Positions 1 to 9,679 are shown, counted from the stretch's first letter. The stretch is 24,390 bases of DNA from an uncultured Flavobacteriales bacterium (GCA_963990215.1 CAXDKI010000001.1:1-24390), one strand, 5' to 3'. Notes: generated by a model from the sequence alone, not told the origin. Translations and numbers: made by a program.

Positions 1-2
1 CC

Positions 3-46
3 ATTCCTCTACGTCTCGTGGGCTCGGAGATGTGTATAAGAGACAG
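3..46 (+). other. Illumina Nextera i7 adapter remnant (index TCCTCTAC + GTCTCGTGGGCTCGG + 19-bp Tn5 mosaic end); library artefact
   Basis: 5..12 TCCTCTAC (matches index N712), 13..27 GTCTCGTGGGCTCGG, 28..46 AGATGTGTATAAGAGACAG. It produces the spurious MGSEMCIRDS N-terminus of ORF 18..533. Confidence 0.98.
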
Positions 47-47
47 C

Positions 48-533
48 AAAAACACAGAATTAGAAGCGAAAAATCATGCAGCGCAACTATCCGAAGGAAA
101 CATAAGCGAAGCACTTCAACTATTGCAGGGGAACGAAGTTTCTGAAGAAAACACCAAGCGTTTTCAACAATGGATGAGATTAAGCTATCAGGCGAACATT
201 TTAGAATTAACTGAATGGGTTGACGAAATCAGCAAGATTGGTCGTGAGCGACAAAAAGTGTTCTTGCAATATGCTTTACATATGGTAAGGGAAAGCTTGG
301 TCCGCAATTTTGCCTCGATTGATTTACAACGGCTAAAGGCGGAGGAACAAAGGTTTGCACAAAAGTTTTCACCTTTCATTCATGAGAAAAATGCTATTGA
401 ACTCATTGAGGTGCTTGAAAAATCACATTTCGATATAGGGAGAAACGCAAGCGCCAAAATATTATTCACAGACTTGTCGTTAAAACTAGTGTTATTACTA
501 CGTATTAAAAGTTTAAATTTGCAGTCAACATAA
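48..533 (+). CDS. holB: DNA polymerase III subunit delta', C-terminal part (5' truncated by the adapter)
   Basis: WVDEISKIGRERQKVFLQY...KFSPFIHEKN...RNASAKILFTDLSLKL resembles the Bacteroidota delta' C-terminus. It lies directly upstream of a PSP1/ricT gene, a conserved holB-ricT adjacency. Confidence 0.85.
   Translation, partial: KNTELEAKNHAAQLSEGNISEALQLLQGNEVSEENTKRFQQWMRLSYQANILELTEWVDEISKIGRERQKVFLQYALHMVRESLVRNFASIDLQRLKAEEQRFAQKFSPFIHEKNAIELIEVLEKSHFDIGRNASAKILFTDLSLKLVLLLRIKSLNLQST
514..521 (+). promoter_or_regulatory. Bacteroidota -7 promoter element TAAATTTG for the ricT-gldH-PBP1A-scoAB operon
   Basis: Exact TAnnTTTG match 22 nt before the ATG at 544, inside the holB 3' end. Confidence 0.55.
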
Positions 534-543
534 ACAAAAAACT

Positions 544-1734
544 ATGGGTTGTGGAGGATGTTCATCAGGAGGATGTGGAGGCGGCTTACCCAGAGGATGC
601 CGAAACAATGGTAATTGTGGAAGCGGGGGATGTAATAAACTGTCAGTTTTTGATTGGCTTTCGAACATAGAACTTCCTAGCGGACAAGAATATTTCAAAG
701 GCGTAGAAGTTCGTTTCAAAGGTAGTAGAAAAGAATTTTTCCGTAACGAAGACAATTTACCATTAACTACCGGAGACGTGGTAGTTGTAGAGGGTGGCCC
801 TGGGCATGATATAGGCGTGGTTTCTTTAGTAGGCGAATTAGTTCGTGTACAAATGCAAAAAAAACTCAAAACCACAGATATTTCTGAAGCAAAAAAAATC
901 TATCGAAAAGCGATAGAAACAGATATTTCTAAATGGCAAGAAGCTGTCGATTTAGAACATAGCACTATGCATGGTGCTAGAAAAGCAGCTGAGCACTTAG
1001 GTTTGGAAATGAAAATTTCAGACGTGGAATATCAAGGAGATAAAACCAAAGCTACATTTTACTACACAGCAAATGGAAGAGTTGATTTTAGAGAGTTAAT
1101 TAAGCGCCTTTCAGGAGAGTTTAAAATTCGAGTAGAGATGCGTCAAATTGGCGCCAGACAAGAAGCCTCTAGGCTGGGGGGAATTGGCGCTTGTGGTAGA
1201 GAGCTTTGTTGCTCTTCTTGGCTAACAGACTTCCGATCAGTAAGCACTTCAGCAGCACGCTATCAACAGCTCTCCATCAACCCTCAAAAGTTAGCAGGGC
1301 AGTGCGGTAAGTTAAAGTGTTGCTTAAATTATGAACTAGATGGTTATATGGAGGGAATTAAGGAATTCCCCGATACTAGAACAAAGCTGCACACTAAAAA
1401 AGGAAGCGCACATTTTATTAAAATGGATATTTTCCAACGTAGGATGTGGTTTGCATACGAAGATCATAGTGCAGGAGGAATAGTTGAACTTTCTTTAGAT
1501 AGGGTTCATGAAATCATAGAATCTAACAAAGCGAAAAAAAAACCAGATAAGCTGGAAGATTTCTTCGAAAAAGTAGAGGCTGCCTCTGTGGCCGATTACG
1601 AAAATGTAGTTGGACAGGACAGCATTAACCGTTTTGATAATAAAGGCAAGCGACCTAAACGAAGAAAGAACAATAAAACGGGTAAGAGTTTTAGAGAAAA
1701 AAATCGCAACCAAAAACAAAAACCCAAAGCATGA
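544..1734 (+). CDS. ricT: PSP1-domain / RicT (YaaT) family Fe-S protein
   Basis: DKTKATFYYTANGRVDFRELIK, RVEMRQIGARQEA, GGIGACGRELCC, LAGQCGKLKCCLNYE. Cys-rich N-terminus and basic C-terminal tail. Confidence 0.9.
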   Translation: MGCGGCSSGGCGGGLPRGCRNNGNCGSGGCNKLSVFDWLSNIELPSGQEYFKGVEVRFKGSRKEFFRNEDNLPLTTGDVVVVEGGPGHDIGVVSLVGELVRVQMQKKLKTTDISEAKKIYRKAIETDISKWQEAVDLEHSTMHGARKAAEHLGLEMKISDVEYQGDKTKATFYYTANGRVDFRELIKRLSGEFKIRVEMRQIGARQEASRLGGIGACGRELCCSSWLTDFRSVSTSAARYQQLSINPQKLAGQCGKLKCCLNYELDGYMEGIKEFPDTRTKLHTKKGSAHFIKMDIFQRRMWFAYEDHSAGGIVELSLDRVHEIIESNKAKKKPDKLEDFFEKVEAASVADYENVVGQDSINRFDNKGKRPKRRKNNKTGKSFREKNRNQKQKPKA

Positions 1735-2204
1735 AAAAGCTTAGGCTAATAATCTTGGTGGTATTTTTATCAGCTTGTGATTCGGCTAAAGTTTTTGAAG
1801 AAAACATAGCGTTGGAAAACCATATTTGGAATGTGGAAAACCATCCGAAGTTTCAAGTGGAAATTACAGACACAGTTAGCGATATGAACCTAATCGTTAA
1901 TATTCGACACAGCGCTCACTACCCGTTCTCCAACCTTTGGGTATTTGTAAACACAACCAATCCAGAAGGGACTCAAAGAACAGATACTCTAGAGTGTGTG
2001 TTGGCGGCAAAAAATGGCCAATGGCTTGGTAGTGGGTTAGGCGATATTTGGGACATTCAAATACCGTTAAAAACACAAGCTTTTAGCAGTCCAGGATACT
2101 ATACTTTTGAGATAGAGCAAGCGATGCGTTATGGAGATAAAGGACGCATTGAGCAGTTGCCAGAAGTCATGAATGTTGGTTTTCGAATCGAAAAAAAAGA
2201 ATAG
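1731..2204 (+). CDS. gldH: Gliding motility lipoprotein GldH
   Basis: Lipobox FLSA-C; IRHSAHYPFSNLW, DTLECVLA...GQWLGSGLGDI, YTFEIEQAMR, VGFRIEK. ATGA overlap with ricT. Confidence 0.9.
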   Translation: MKKLRLIILVVFLSACDSAKVFEENIALENHIWNVENHPKFQVEITDTVSDMNLIVNIRHSAHYPFSNLWVFVNTTNPEGTQRTDTLECVLAAKNGQWLGSGLGDIWDIQIPLKTQAFSSPGYYTFEIEQAMRYGDKGRIEQLPEVMNVGFRIEKKE

Positions 2205-4475
2205 ATGTTTCAGTCGGAAAGAGCAAAAATCACCCTTGTATGGCTCGTTTTAATGAGTCCGTTAGTTGCTTTAACAACAGTTATTTACTTGACTTCAATT
2301 GGTTTTTTTGGCCCCCTACCTACTTTTGAACAATTAGAAAATCCAAAGAACAGCTTGGCCACCGAAATTATTTCGGAAGACGGAAAAGTTTTAGGGAAAT
2401 ATTTTTATGAAAACAGATCAAACATTAAATATGAAGATCTTCCGCAAAACCTAATAAACGCCCTGATTGCCACAGAAGATGTGCGCTTCAGAAGCCATAC
2501 AGGCATTGACGTGCGCGCCTTATTAAGAGCGGTTAAAGGACAGCTTTTAATGCAAGACGCAGGAGGGGCAAGTACAATCACCCAGCAGTTGGCAAAAATG
2601 CTTTTTACAGATAGACCAAGTTCTGGCTTTGAGCGTGTTATGCAAAAATTCAAAGAATGGATTATAGCTGTTCGCTTAGAAAAGCAATACACTAAAGACG
2701 AAATTATTGCAATGTACTTCAACAAGTATGATTTCGTAAACAATGCGGTTGGAATAAAATCGGCAGCACAAGTATATTTCAACACAAACCCTACGGAATT
2801 ATCTACCATTGAATCTGCGATGCTTGTAGGAATGCTAAAAAACTCAGCGCTTTACAACCCCAACAGAAGAGAATTTTTAACACGAACGAGAAGAAATGTA
2901 GTTTTAAGTCAGATGGATAAATATGGCTTCCTCGGAGAGGATGAAAATTTAGATTCTTTGCAAGCGCAACCAATTGTACTAAACTTTAAAAAAGCCAGTC
3001 ACAATGAGGGACTATCCCCTTATTTAAGAGAATATTTAAGAGTTGGATTTTTAAAAGAATGGTGCGCTAACAACAGTAAGCCAGACGGCACGCCATATAA
3101 TCTTTATACTGACGGACTGAAAGTTTACACAACTATCAATTCCCGCATGCAAAGTTTTGGGGAGGACGCGATGAAAACACATATATCTTCCCTACAAAAA
3201 GATTTTTATAAGCATTGGAAAGGATACTCAAAAGCGCCATTCCCTAAAGATTTTGAGCAGGAGCAAATCGATATGATTATGGAGCAAGCGATGAGGCGCT
3301 CAGAAAGGTATCGAAAACTCAAAGTGGCTGGAAAATCTAAAAGAGAGATTAAACATGCCTTTCGCAAAAAAGTACCAATGACTGTTTTCTCGTGGGGAGG
3401 AGAAAGAGATACTGTCATGTCTCCAATGGACTCGATCAAGTATTACAAATACTTCATCCACTCCGGAATGATGAGTATGGATCCAAGAAATGGGCATGTA
3501 AAAGCTTATGTTGGAGGCATCAATTACAAACACTTTAAATACGATCATGTGGCAGTTGGTAAGCGACAGGTGGGGTCTACTTTCAAACCATTTTTATACG
3601 CTATCGCTATGCAGGAAGGCTATTCCCCTTGTTATCAAATCCCGAATGTTCCAGTGGTGTTTGAAAAAGACCAATGGGGTCTAAAAAAAGATTGGGTTCC
3701 TAGCAATTCAGACGATAAATACGAAGGACTGATGATTAGTATGAAGTTTGGTTTAGCCAACTCCATCAATACAATTACCGCGTATATCATGAAACAATTT
3801 GGCCCACATGCGGTAGTTGATTTAGCAAGGAAAATGGGTATTACTTCAAGGCTTTCAGCGGTACCTTCTGTTTGTTTAGGAACATTCGATTTATCTGTAT
3901 ATGAAATGGTGGGAGCCTACTCTACATTTGCAAATAAAGGGATATGGACAGAACCCATCATTATCACAAGAATTGAAGATAAAAATGGAGTTGTTCTTGA
4001 GGAATTCACCCCAAAAACCACCGAGGCAATGAGCGCACAAACAGCTGATATTATGGTGCGTATGCTCCAAGGAGTTGTAGATGGCGTAGATAATCCAGAA
4101 GACGGAATGAAGAAAGGAACAGGTATTCGTTTGCGTTTCAGATATCAGTTTGAAAATGAAATTGGCGGAAAAACAGGAACAACTCAAAACAATTCTGATG
4201 GATGGTTTATGGGGATCACACCTAATCTAGTGACAGGTGTTTGGTCAGGAAACGAGGATCGTGCCATTCACTTTAGAGACACCTATTACGGACAAGGGGC
4301 GAATATGGCTCTTCCTGTTTGGGCAGAGTATATGCAGCGCGTTTACGCTGATACATTGGAGCTAGGTTTTTACCCAGAAGAATTTGATGTTTCTAAATCA
4401 ATAGATGTACTGCTGGATTGCGGAGAGCAGTTCCAAGATTTAGAAGAAACCAACAACTTTGAAGAAGAGTTTTAG
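2205..4475 (+). CDS. mrcA: Class A penicillin-binding protein (PBP1A-type transglycosylase/transpeptidase)
   Basis: N-terminal TM helix; GT51 motifs [12 protein letters not shown] and [11 protein letters not shown]; transpeptidase motifs GSTFKP (SxxK), SIN (SxN), KTGT. Confidence 0.92.
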   Translation: MFQSERAKITLVWLVLMSPLVALTTVIYLTSIGFFGPLPTFEQLENPKNSLATEIISEDGKVLGKYFYENRSNIKYEDLPQNLINALIATEDVRFRSHTGIDVRALLRAVKGQLLMQDAGGASTITQQLAKMLFTDRPSSGFERVMQKFKEWIIAVRLEKQYTKDEIIAMYFNKYDFVNNAVGIKSAAQVYFNTNPTELSTIESAMLVGMLKNSALYNPNRREFLTRTRRNVVLSQMDKYGFLGEDENLDSLQAQPIVLNFKKASHNEGLSPYLREYLRVGFLKEWCANNSKPDGTPYNLYTDGLKVYTTINSRMQSFGEDAMKTHISSLQKDFYKHWKGYSKAPFPKDFEQEQIDMIMEQAMRRSERYRKLKVAGKSKREIKHAFRKKVPMTVFSWGGERDTVMSPMDSIKYYKYFIHSGMMSMDPRNGHVKAYVGGINYKHFKYDHVAVGKRQVGSTFKPFLYAIAMQEGYSPCYQIPNVPVVFEKDQWGLKKDWVPSNSDDKYEGLMISMKFGLANSINTITAYIMKQFGPHAVVDLARKMGITSRLSAVPSVCLGTFDLSVYEMVGAYSTFANKGIWTEPIIITRIEDKNGVVLEEFTPKTTEAMSAQTADIMVRMLQGVVDGVDNPEDGMKKGTGIRLRFRYQFENEIGGKTGTTQNNSDGWFMGITPNLVTGVWSGNEDRAIHFRDTYYGQGANMALPVWAEYMQRVYADTLELGFYPEEFDVSKSIDVLLDCGEQFQDLEETNNFEEEF

Positions 4476-4477
4476 AA

Positions 4478-5179
4478 ATGATAAATAAAGTAGTAAACAG
4501 TGTAGAAGAGGCGATTGAGGGTGTGGCGGACGACATGACATTCATGCTAGGTGGATTTGGATTGTGCGGCATTCCAGAGAATAGCATTGGCGCATTATCT
4601 CAATCGGGAATTAAAGGCTTAACTTGTATTTCCAACAATGCAGGAGTAGATGATTTTGGCTTAGGTCTGTTGTTGCAAAAACGCCAAATCAAAAAAATGA
4701 TTTCTTCCTATGTAGGGGAAAATGAAGAGTTTGAAAAGCAAATGTTGAGCGGAGAATTAGAGGTAGAATTAATCCCTCAAGGAAGCTTAGCTGAAAGATG
4801 TAGAGCAGGTGGCGCAGGAATCCCAGCATTTTTCACACCAGCAGGACATGGCACAGAAGTGGCAGAAGGCAAAGAGGTGCGAGAGTTTAATGGAAAGCCA
4901 CATATTTTGGAGTCGGCATTAACAGCAGATTTTGCTTTTGTAAAAGCATGGAAAGGAGATGCGGCAGGAAATCTTATCTTTAAGGGAACAGCTAGAAACT
5001 TCAATCCAATGATGGCTATGGCGGGAAAAATTACTGTAGCCGAAGTAGAAGAGTTAGTTCCTGCAGGAACGCTTGATCCGGCACAAATTCATACACCAGG
5101 AATTTTTGTGCAGCGTATCTTCCAGGGAAAAGATTACGAGAAAAGAATAGAACAAAGAACCGTTAGAACGAAAGAATAA
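4478..5179 (+). CDS. scoA: 3-oxoacid (succinyl-CoA) CoA-transferase subunit A
   Basis: [56 protein letters not shown]. Confidence 0.93.
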   Translation: MINKVVNSVEEAIEGVADDMTFMLGGFGLCGIPENSIGALSQSGIKGLTCISNNAGVDDFGLGLLLQKRQIKKMISSYVGENEEFEKQMLSGELEVELIPQGSLAERCRAGGAGIPAFFTPAGHGTEVAEGKEVREFNGKPHILESALTADFAFVKAWKGDAAGNLIFKGTARNFNPMMAMAGKITVAEVEELVPAGTLDPAQIHTPGIFVQRIFQGKDYEKRIEQRTVRTKE

Positions 5180-5835
5180 TGGCTTTAAATAAAAACGGAA
5201 TTGCACAACGAATTGCACAAGAGTTGCAAGATAGATTTTACGTAAACTTAGGAATAGGCATTCCTACCTTAGTGGCTAACTATATTCCTCAAGGAATTGA
5301 TGTAGAGTTTCAGTCTGAAAATGGAGTGTTGGGAATGGGTCCTTTCCCTTTTAAGGGGGAGGAAGACGCAGATTTAATCAACGCAGGAAAGCAAACGATT
5401 ACCACCATGCCGGGAGCAGTCTTTTTTGATTCTGCGACTAGCTTTAGCATGATCCGTGGACAGCACGTTCAACTTACTGTTTTAGGCGCTATGGAGGTGG
5501 CTCAAAATGGAGACATTGCTAACTGGAAAATACCAGGAAAAATGGTAAAAGGAATGGGGGGCGCTATGGACTTAGTTGCCTCAGCCGAAAACATCATTGT
5601 TGCCATGATGCACACTAATAAAAAAGGAGAAAGCAAATTACTTAAAGAGTGTTCGCTTCCACTAACAGGTGTGGGTTGTGTAACGAAAATCGTGACCAAT
5701 TTAGCAGTTTTAGAAGTGGCTGACGGAAACTTCAAACTTTTAGAAAGAGCGCCAGGAGTTAGTGTAGATGAGATTCAAAAATCCACCGAAGGAAACCTCA
5801 TTATAGACGGGGATATACCAGAAATGAAACTATAA
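5179..5835 (+). CDS. scoB: 3-oxoacid CoA-transferase subunit B
   Basis: VNLGIGIPT, catalytic SENG, DLINAGKQ, GMGGAMDL. TAATG overlap with scoA. Confidence 0.93.
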   Translation: MALNKNGIAQRIAQELQDRFYVNLGIGIPTLVANYIPQGIDVEFQSENGVLGMGPFPFKGEEDADLINAGKQTITTMPGAVFFDSATSFSMIRGQHVQLTVLGAMEVAQNGDIANWKIPGKMVKGMGGAMDLVASAENIIVAMMHTNKKGESKLLKECSLPLTGVGCVTKIVTNLAVLEVADGNFKLLERAPGVSVDEIQKSTEGNLIIDGDIPEMKL

Positions 5836-5838
5836 AAG

Positions 5839-5861
5839 AAAACCCCTCGAAAGAGGGTTTT
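5839..5861. terminator. Bidirectional rho-independent terminator between convergent scoB and the ABC ATPase gene
   Basis: AAAACCCCTC-GAAA-GAGGGTTTT hairpin (one bulge) with A and T tracts on either side, 3 nt after the scoB stop. Confidence 0.85.
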
Positions 5862-5940
5862 GTTTGCTTCATATAACAGTGTAGCTTCCGAGTAATTTTT
5901 TTAAAAACATAGTCGATCTCAAAGTAAAAAATGTGATGGA

Positions 5941-7740
5941 CTAGTCGACTTTTATCCCTTTGCTGTTTAGGTGTCTTTTAATATCCTCTAGTTTTCCTTC
6001 TGGAATAGCAGAAATTAGTTTTTGAGTATAAGCGGTTTTAGCCTCTTCATAAATTTGGTCAGCATCACCCATTTCTTCAATCTTACCACCCTGCATCACT
6101 ACCATTCTATCACTCATGTATTTCACCACAGAAAGGTCGTGAGAGATAAAGATATAAGTTAATCCAAGCTCTTCTTTTAGTTCGTTCAACAGGTTTAAAA
6201 CCTGCGCTTGAACGGATACATCTAAAGCAGAAACTGACTCATCACAAATAATGAATTTTGGATTTACAGCCAACGCTCTTGCAATACCAATTCGCTGTCT
6301 TTGTCCTCCAGAAAATTCGTGAGGATAGCGGTGAAAACACTCCTTACCTAAACTCACACGCTCCAACAGTTCTTCTACACGCTTTTTACGCTCTTCATCA
6401 TTAGCCAAAATATCATGAACTTGCATCGGCTCCATAATGGCGTTTCCGATAGTCATTCTAGGGTTTAGCGAAGAGTACGGATCTTGGAAAATAATTTGAA
6501 CTTCTTTACGGAAAGCACGCAATTCATCTTCATTAAATGAAGCGATATCACGCCCTTTATAAAGCATTTGCCCCGCGGTAGGCTCTTCTAGCCTAAGAAT
6601 GGTTCGGCCTGTAGTTGTTTTGCCACAGCCCGACTCTCCAACAAGCCCAAGAGTTTCTCCAGGATACACATCAAAACTAACATCATCCACGGCTTTCACA
6701 TGTCCTGTTATACCGCCAAAAAACCCATTTCTAATGGGGAAATGTGTTTTTAAGTTTTTGATTTGTAATAAAGGCTCTTTTGAGTAAAGGGCATCATGTG
6801 CCTTTTTTCTATCGCTAACAGGCACTACTAAATCTTTAGTGAATTCTTCTACTGTAATATCGTTTTGGATAATCTCTCCCTTTTCGTCAACACGCATAAA
6901 GTCCGAAACTGTAGGAAGAAACTTATAGCGTTTATCTAGCGGTGGGCGACAAGCTAACAGTCCTTTTGTATATGGGTGTTGTGGGTTATTAAAAATATCC
7001 CACACATTACCCTGCTCTACTATATTTCCTTTGTACATCACCACTACTTTATCAGCTAATTCTGCAATTACACCTAAATCGTGCGTTATGAACAGAATAC
7101 CCATATCATGTTCCTTTTGAAGATTTTGCATCAACTCCAAAATAGTTTTCTGCACTGTTACATCCAAAGCAGTTGTTGGCTCATCGGCAACCAAAACAGA
7201 CGGCTGACAAGACATTGCCATGGCAATCATTACACGCTGTTTTTGTCCACCCGAAACCTGGTGTGGATAAGTGCTGAAAATACGCTCAGGGTCTGGCAAT
7301 TGAACCTCTTCGAAAAGCTTAATGGTTAGCTCTTTCGCATCTGATTTACTTATATTTTGATGCAGTATTATCGCCTCCATTACTTGATCTCCACAAGTAA
7401 AAACAGGGTTTAAAGAAGTCATTGGTTCTTGGAAAATCATAGCCAATTCATTACCTCTAAAAGCGCGCATTTCTTTTTCAGAAATATTTACTAAATCAAC
7501 AACCGAGCCGTCTTTTTGGTGAAATAAAATTTTACCATTAGCAATGCGACCTGGAGGATTTGGTACTAAACGCATAGCCGATAAAGAGGTTACAGATTTA
7601 CCAGAACCAGACTCTCCTACAATACCGATTGTTTCTCCCCTATTTAACGTAAAGCTTATGTTATTCACCGCGGTAACCACTTTTCCTTCCGTATGGAATT
7701 CGGTTAACAAGTTTTTAAACTCTAATAAAGTAGTGCTCAT
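5941..7740 (-). CDS. Fused double-domain peptide/dipeptide-type ABC transporter ATP-binding protein
   Basis: Two Walker A motifs ([16 protein letters not shown]), signatures VSGGQKQR and FSGGQRQR, Walker [10 protein letters not shown] and CDESVSALD. Confidence 0.92.
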   Translation of the reverse strand: MSTTLLEFKNLLTEFHTEGKVVTAVNNISFTLNRGETIGIVGESGSGKSVTSLSAMRLVPNPPGRIANGKILFHQKDGSVVDLVNISEKEMRAFRGNELAMIFQEPMTSLNPVFTCGDQVMEAIILHQNISKSDAKELTIKLFEEVQLPDPERIFSTYPHQVSGGQKQRVMIAMAMSCQPSVLVADEPTTALDVTVQKTILELMQNLQKEHDMGILFITHDLGVIAELADKVVVMYKGNIVEQGNVWDIFNNPQHPYTKGLLACRPPLDKRYKFLPTVSDFMRVDEKGEIIQNDITVEEFTKDLVVPVSDRKKAHDALYSKEPLLQIKNLKTHFPIRNGFFGGITGHVKAVDDVSFDVYPGETLGLVGESGCGKTTTGRTILRLEEPTAGQMLYKGRDIASFNEDELRAFRKEVQIIFQDPYSSLNPRMTIGNAIMEPMQVHDILANDEERKKRVEELLERVSLGKECFHRYPHEFSGGQRQRIGIARALAVNPKFIICDESVSALDVSVQAQVLNLLNELKEELGLTYIFISHDLSVVKYMSDRMVVMQGGKIEEMGDADQIYEEAKTAYTQKLISAIPEGKLEDIKRHLNSKGIKVD

Positions 7741-7747
7741 TTTTTTG

Positions 7748-7755
7748 CAAATTTA
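7748..7755 (-). promoter_or_regulatory. -7 promoter element TAAATTTG, 7 nt before the ABC ATPase start codon
   Basis: Minus strand reads TAAATTTG-CAAAAAA-ATG. Confidence 0.6.
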
Positions 7756-7794
7756 GCTGTTAAAAATAGGTTTTATACTCGGATTATGCAATCT

Positions 7795-7902
7795 CTATAT
7801 TGTTGTCTGACATGACGGTTTCCCACATATTTTACCACTCAAAACAATAAGCAAATTGAGTAAATCCAAGAGAACTGTTAGTGTTTTTAATAACCGTTTC
7901 AT
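7795..7902 (-). pseudogene. 35-codon stump of a probable secreted-protein gene (not in the ORF track)
   Basis: ATG 6 nt after the lipB stop; MKRLLKTLTVLL-like signal-peptide start. One inserted base would continue it as GFTQFAYC, followed by stops. Confidence 0.4.
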
Positions 7903-7908
7903 CAGAAA

Positions 7909-8607
7909 CTAGTCGTTTATCAGTTCCATTTCAAAAATAGAGGCTAGGTGGTTTTTCAGCTTTTCTTTTACTTCCTTCATGTCGAGCTTGTATCCCAACT
8001 CTTCTTGTAGTGAAGTTACAGATTTATCTACGATTCCACAAGGTACAATGTTTCCAAAGTAGGATAGGTCTGCGTTTACATTAAAAGCAAACCCATGCAT
8101 AGTGACCCATCGACTAGAACGGACGCCTAAAGCACACATTTTACGAGCTGTTGACTTGCCAACATCTAACCAAACACCTGTTTCACTACCTGATCGCTCA
8201 CCCTCTAACCCATACTCTGCTATGGTTTTAATTACCGCTTCTTCTAAGAAGCGCAAATACTTATGGATATCGGTGAAAAAGCAATCCAAGTCCAAAATAG
8301 GGTATCCCACAATTTGCCCGGGGCCATGATAGGTGATATCACCTCCCCTATTGATTTTGTAAAAAGTAGCGCCTCTTGATTTCAAGTACGCCTCATTAAC
8401 CAATAAGTTTTTTTCATCACCACTTTTTCCAAGCGTATACACATGCGGGTGTTCGCAAAATAAAAGGTGAGACTGCGTGGCTATATCCGATCCTACTTTG
8501 CGGTTTCGGCTTTTAATGTCAATAATTCCTTGAAAAAGTACTTCTTGAAAATCCCAAGCCTCTTTGTAGTCAATCAAGCCTAAATCTCGAAAAACAACTT
8601 GCTGCAT
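7909..8607 (-). CDS. lipB: Lipoyl(octanoyl) transferase
   Basis: CEHPHVYTLGKSG, RGGDITYHGPGQIVGYPI, TGVW, HGFAFNV, IVPCGI. Confidence 0.95.
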   Translation of the reverse strand: MQQVVFRDLGLIDYKEAWDFQEVLFQGIIDIKSRNRKVGSDIATQSHLLFCEHPHVYTLGKSGDEKNLLVNEAYLKSRGATFYKINRGGDITYHGPGQIVGYPILDLDCFFTDIHKYLRFLEEAVIKTIAEYGLEGERSGSETGVWLDVGKSTARKMCALGVRSSRWVTMHGFAFNVNADLSYFGNIVPCGIVDKSVTSLQEELGYKLDMKEVKEKLKNHLASIFEMELIND

Positions 8608-8608
8608 T

Positions 8609-9598
8609 TTATACTTTGGCGAGTTCGCCTTTTAAGAAGTTAATGACATCAATTTCAATAGCATCTACATTGTTTTTAACAGAAAGGTACCAAGAAACCC
8701 AATCGCCTAAATGGATGTGGTACAAAGTGTTTTGTAGCGGACTGCTTCCCTCACTCCAAATCTCTGTAATATTGTTTGTGTATTTAGCAATCACTTCTTT
8801 GTTGATGTCGATGCGAACCTGATTTCTGCTGTAGTCACATTTATTACGGAAGTAAACCACCGCTAAATTATCGGTATTGGTGCGCCAACCCAAAAGCTCG
8901 TTATGGTTCATTTCGGGTATTACATGATGCCAGCAGAGCATTTTGCTGTTTTCATTGATTTGCTGACGGAAACGAACACCCACTCCTTCAAAACCATGAG
9001 CAGTATAAATGACCGCTGTTTGTTGATACATTTTATCCGCTAAGCTTTGCGCTTCTGTTTGTATATGCTCTTTTCTGCTGTTTAACAGTTCAATAGATTT
9101 TTCAAAATCTTGCTCAAATGAATCATCAATTAAACCATAATGATTGAAAAGGAAAAACAGCTGTGTAAAAGAATACCCAAACATTGCCCTTGGCGGGTGT
9201 CCGCTTGGAATTTGAATAAAGCTGTATCCTTTTTCTTGGGCAATTTCAGCTAATTTTCCTCCTGAGCTTACACAAGCGATTTTCGCTCCTTTGGCTTGGC
9301 ATTTTCTCAAAGCAAACAAAGTCTCTTCTGTATTACCCGAATAAGAGGAAGCGATTACCAAAGTGTGTTCATCTACAAAATTAGGTATGCTATAATCTTT
9401 GGTAGCGCAAATAGGAACTCTCACTTTTGGAGCTACTAAATCCGTTATAATAGCACCTCCAATTCCCGAACCTCCCAGTCCGCAAATCAACACATTTCTT
9501 ATTTCTTTTTCGAAAGGGTTAAGCTTTGCAGAACGCCCAATTTCTAAAGCTTCTGAAAGGTGCTCTGTAAAGGCGTTGATATAATCATTCATCTTCAT
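8609..9598 (-). CDS. Bifunctional phosphoglucose/phosphomannose isomerase (SIS-fold PGI/PMI family)
   Basis: CGLGGSGIGG, SSYSGNTEET, SSGGKL, GHPPR, QINENSK, PEMNHNE, GDWVS. Confidence 0.88.
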   Translation of the reverse strand: MKMNDYINAFTEHLSEALEIGRSAKLNPFEKEIRNVLICGLGGSGIGGAIITDLVAPKVRVPICATKDYSIPNFVDEHTLVIASSYSGNTEETLFALRKCQAKGAKIACVSSGGKLAEIAQEKGYSFIQIPSGHPPRAMFGYSFTQLFFLFNHYGLIDDSFEQDFEKSIELLNSRKEHIQTEAQSLADKMYQQTAVIYTAHGFEGVGVRFRQQINENSKMLCWHHVIPEMNHNELLGWRTNTDNLAVVYFRNKCDYSRNQVRIDINKEVIAKYTNNITEIWSEGSSPLQNTLYHIHLGDWVSWYLSVKNNVDAIEIDVINFLKGELAKV

Positions 9599-9624
9599 AG
9601 TAATATATGATTGTTTAAGAGAGC

Positions 9625-9632
9625 CGAAAATA
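9625..9632 (-). promoter_or_regulatory. Variant -7 element TATTTTCG for the pgi/pmi-lipB operon
   Basis: One mismatch to TAnnTTTG, 26 nt before the ATG at 9598, in the divergent intergenic region. Confidence 0.45.
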
Positions 9633-9656
9633 CGAAATAGGGAGGTAAATATTTAA

Positions 9657-9664
9657 TATCTTTG
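9657..9664 (+). promoter_or_regulatory. -7 promoter element TATCTTTG for lysS-gpsA
   Basis: Exact TAnnTTTG match 15 nt before the ATG at 9680. The ORF-track TTG start at 9662 falls inside this motif. Confidence 0.65.
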
Positions 9665-9679
9665 GGCAAAATTTTAACC

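Noticed and set aside
18-47. N-terminus MGSEMCIRDS of ORF 18..533
   Set aside because: It is translated adapter sequence; the genuine holB sequence starts at about 48.
5198-5220. Tandem GAATTGCACAA repeat at the start of scoB
   Set aside because: It encodes the conserved GIAQRIAQE helix; a coding coincidence with only two copies.
5869-5910. 13-codon minus-strand mini-ORF MFLKKLLGSYTVI behind the ABC ATPase, preceded by a TTACTTTG-like motif
   Set aside because: It could be another gene stump but is too short, and the promoter match is imperfect; not distinguishable from chance in AT-rich DNA.
9662-9679. ORF-track TTG start of lysS
   Set aside because: It lies within the TATCTTTG promoter core; the ATG at 9680 gives the typical MS.ELSEQE start.
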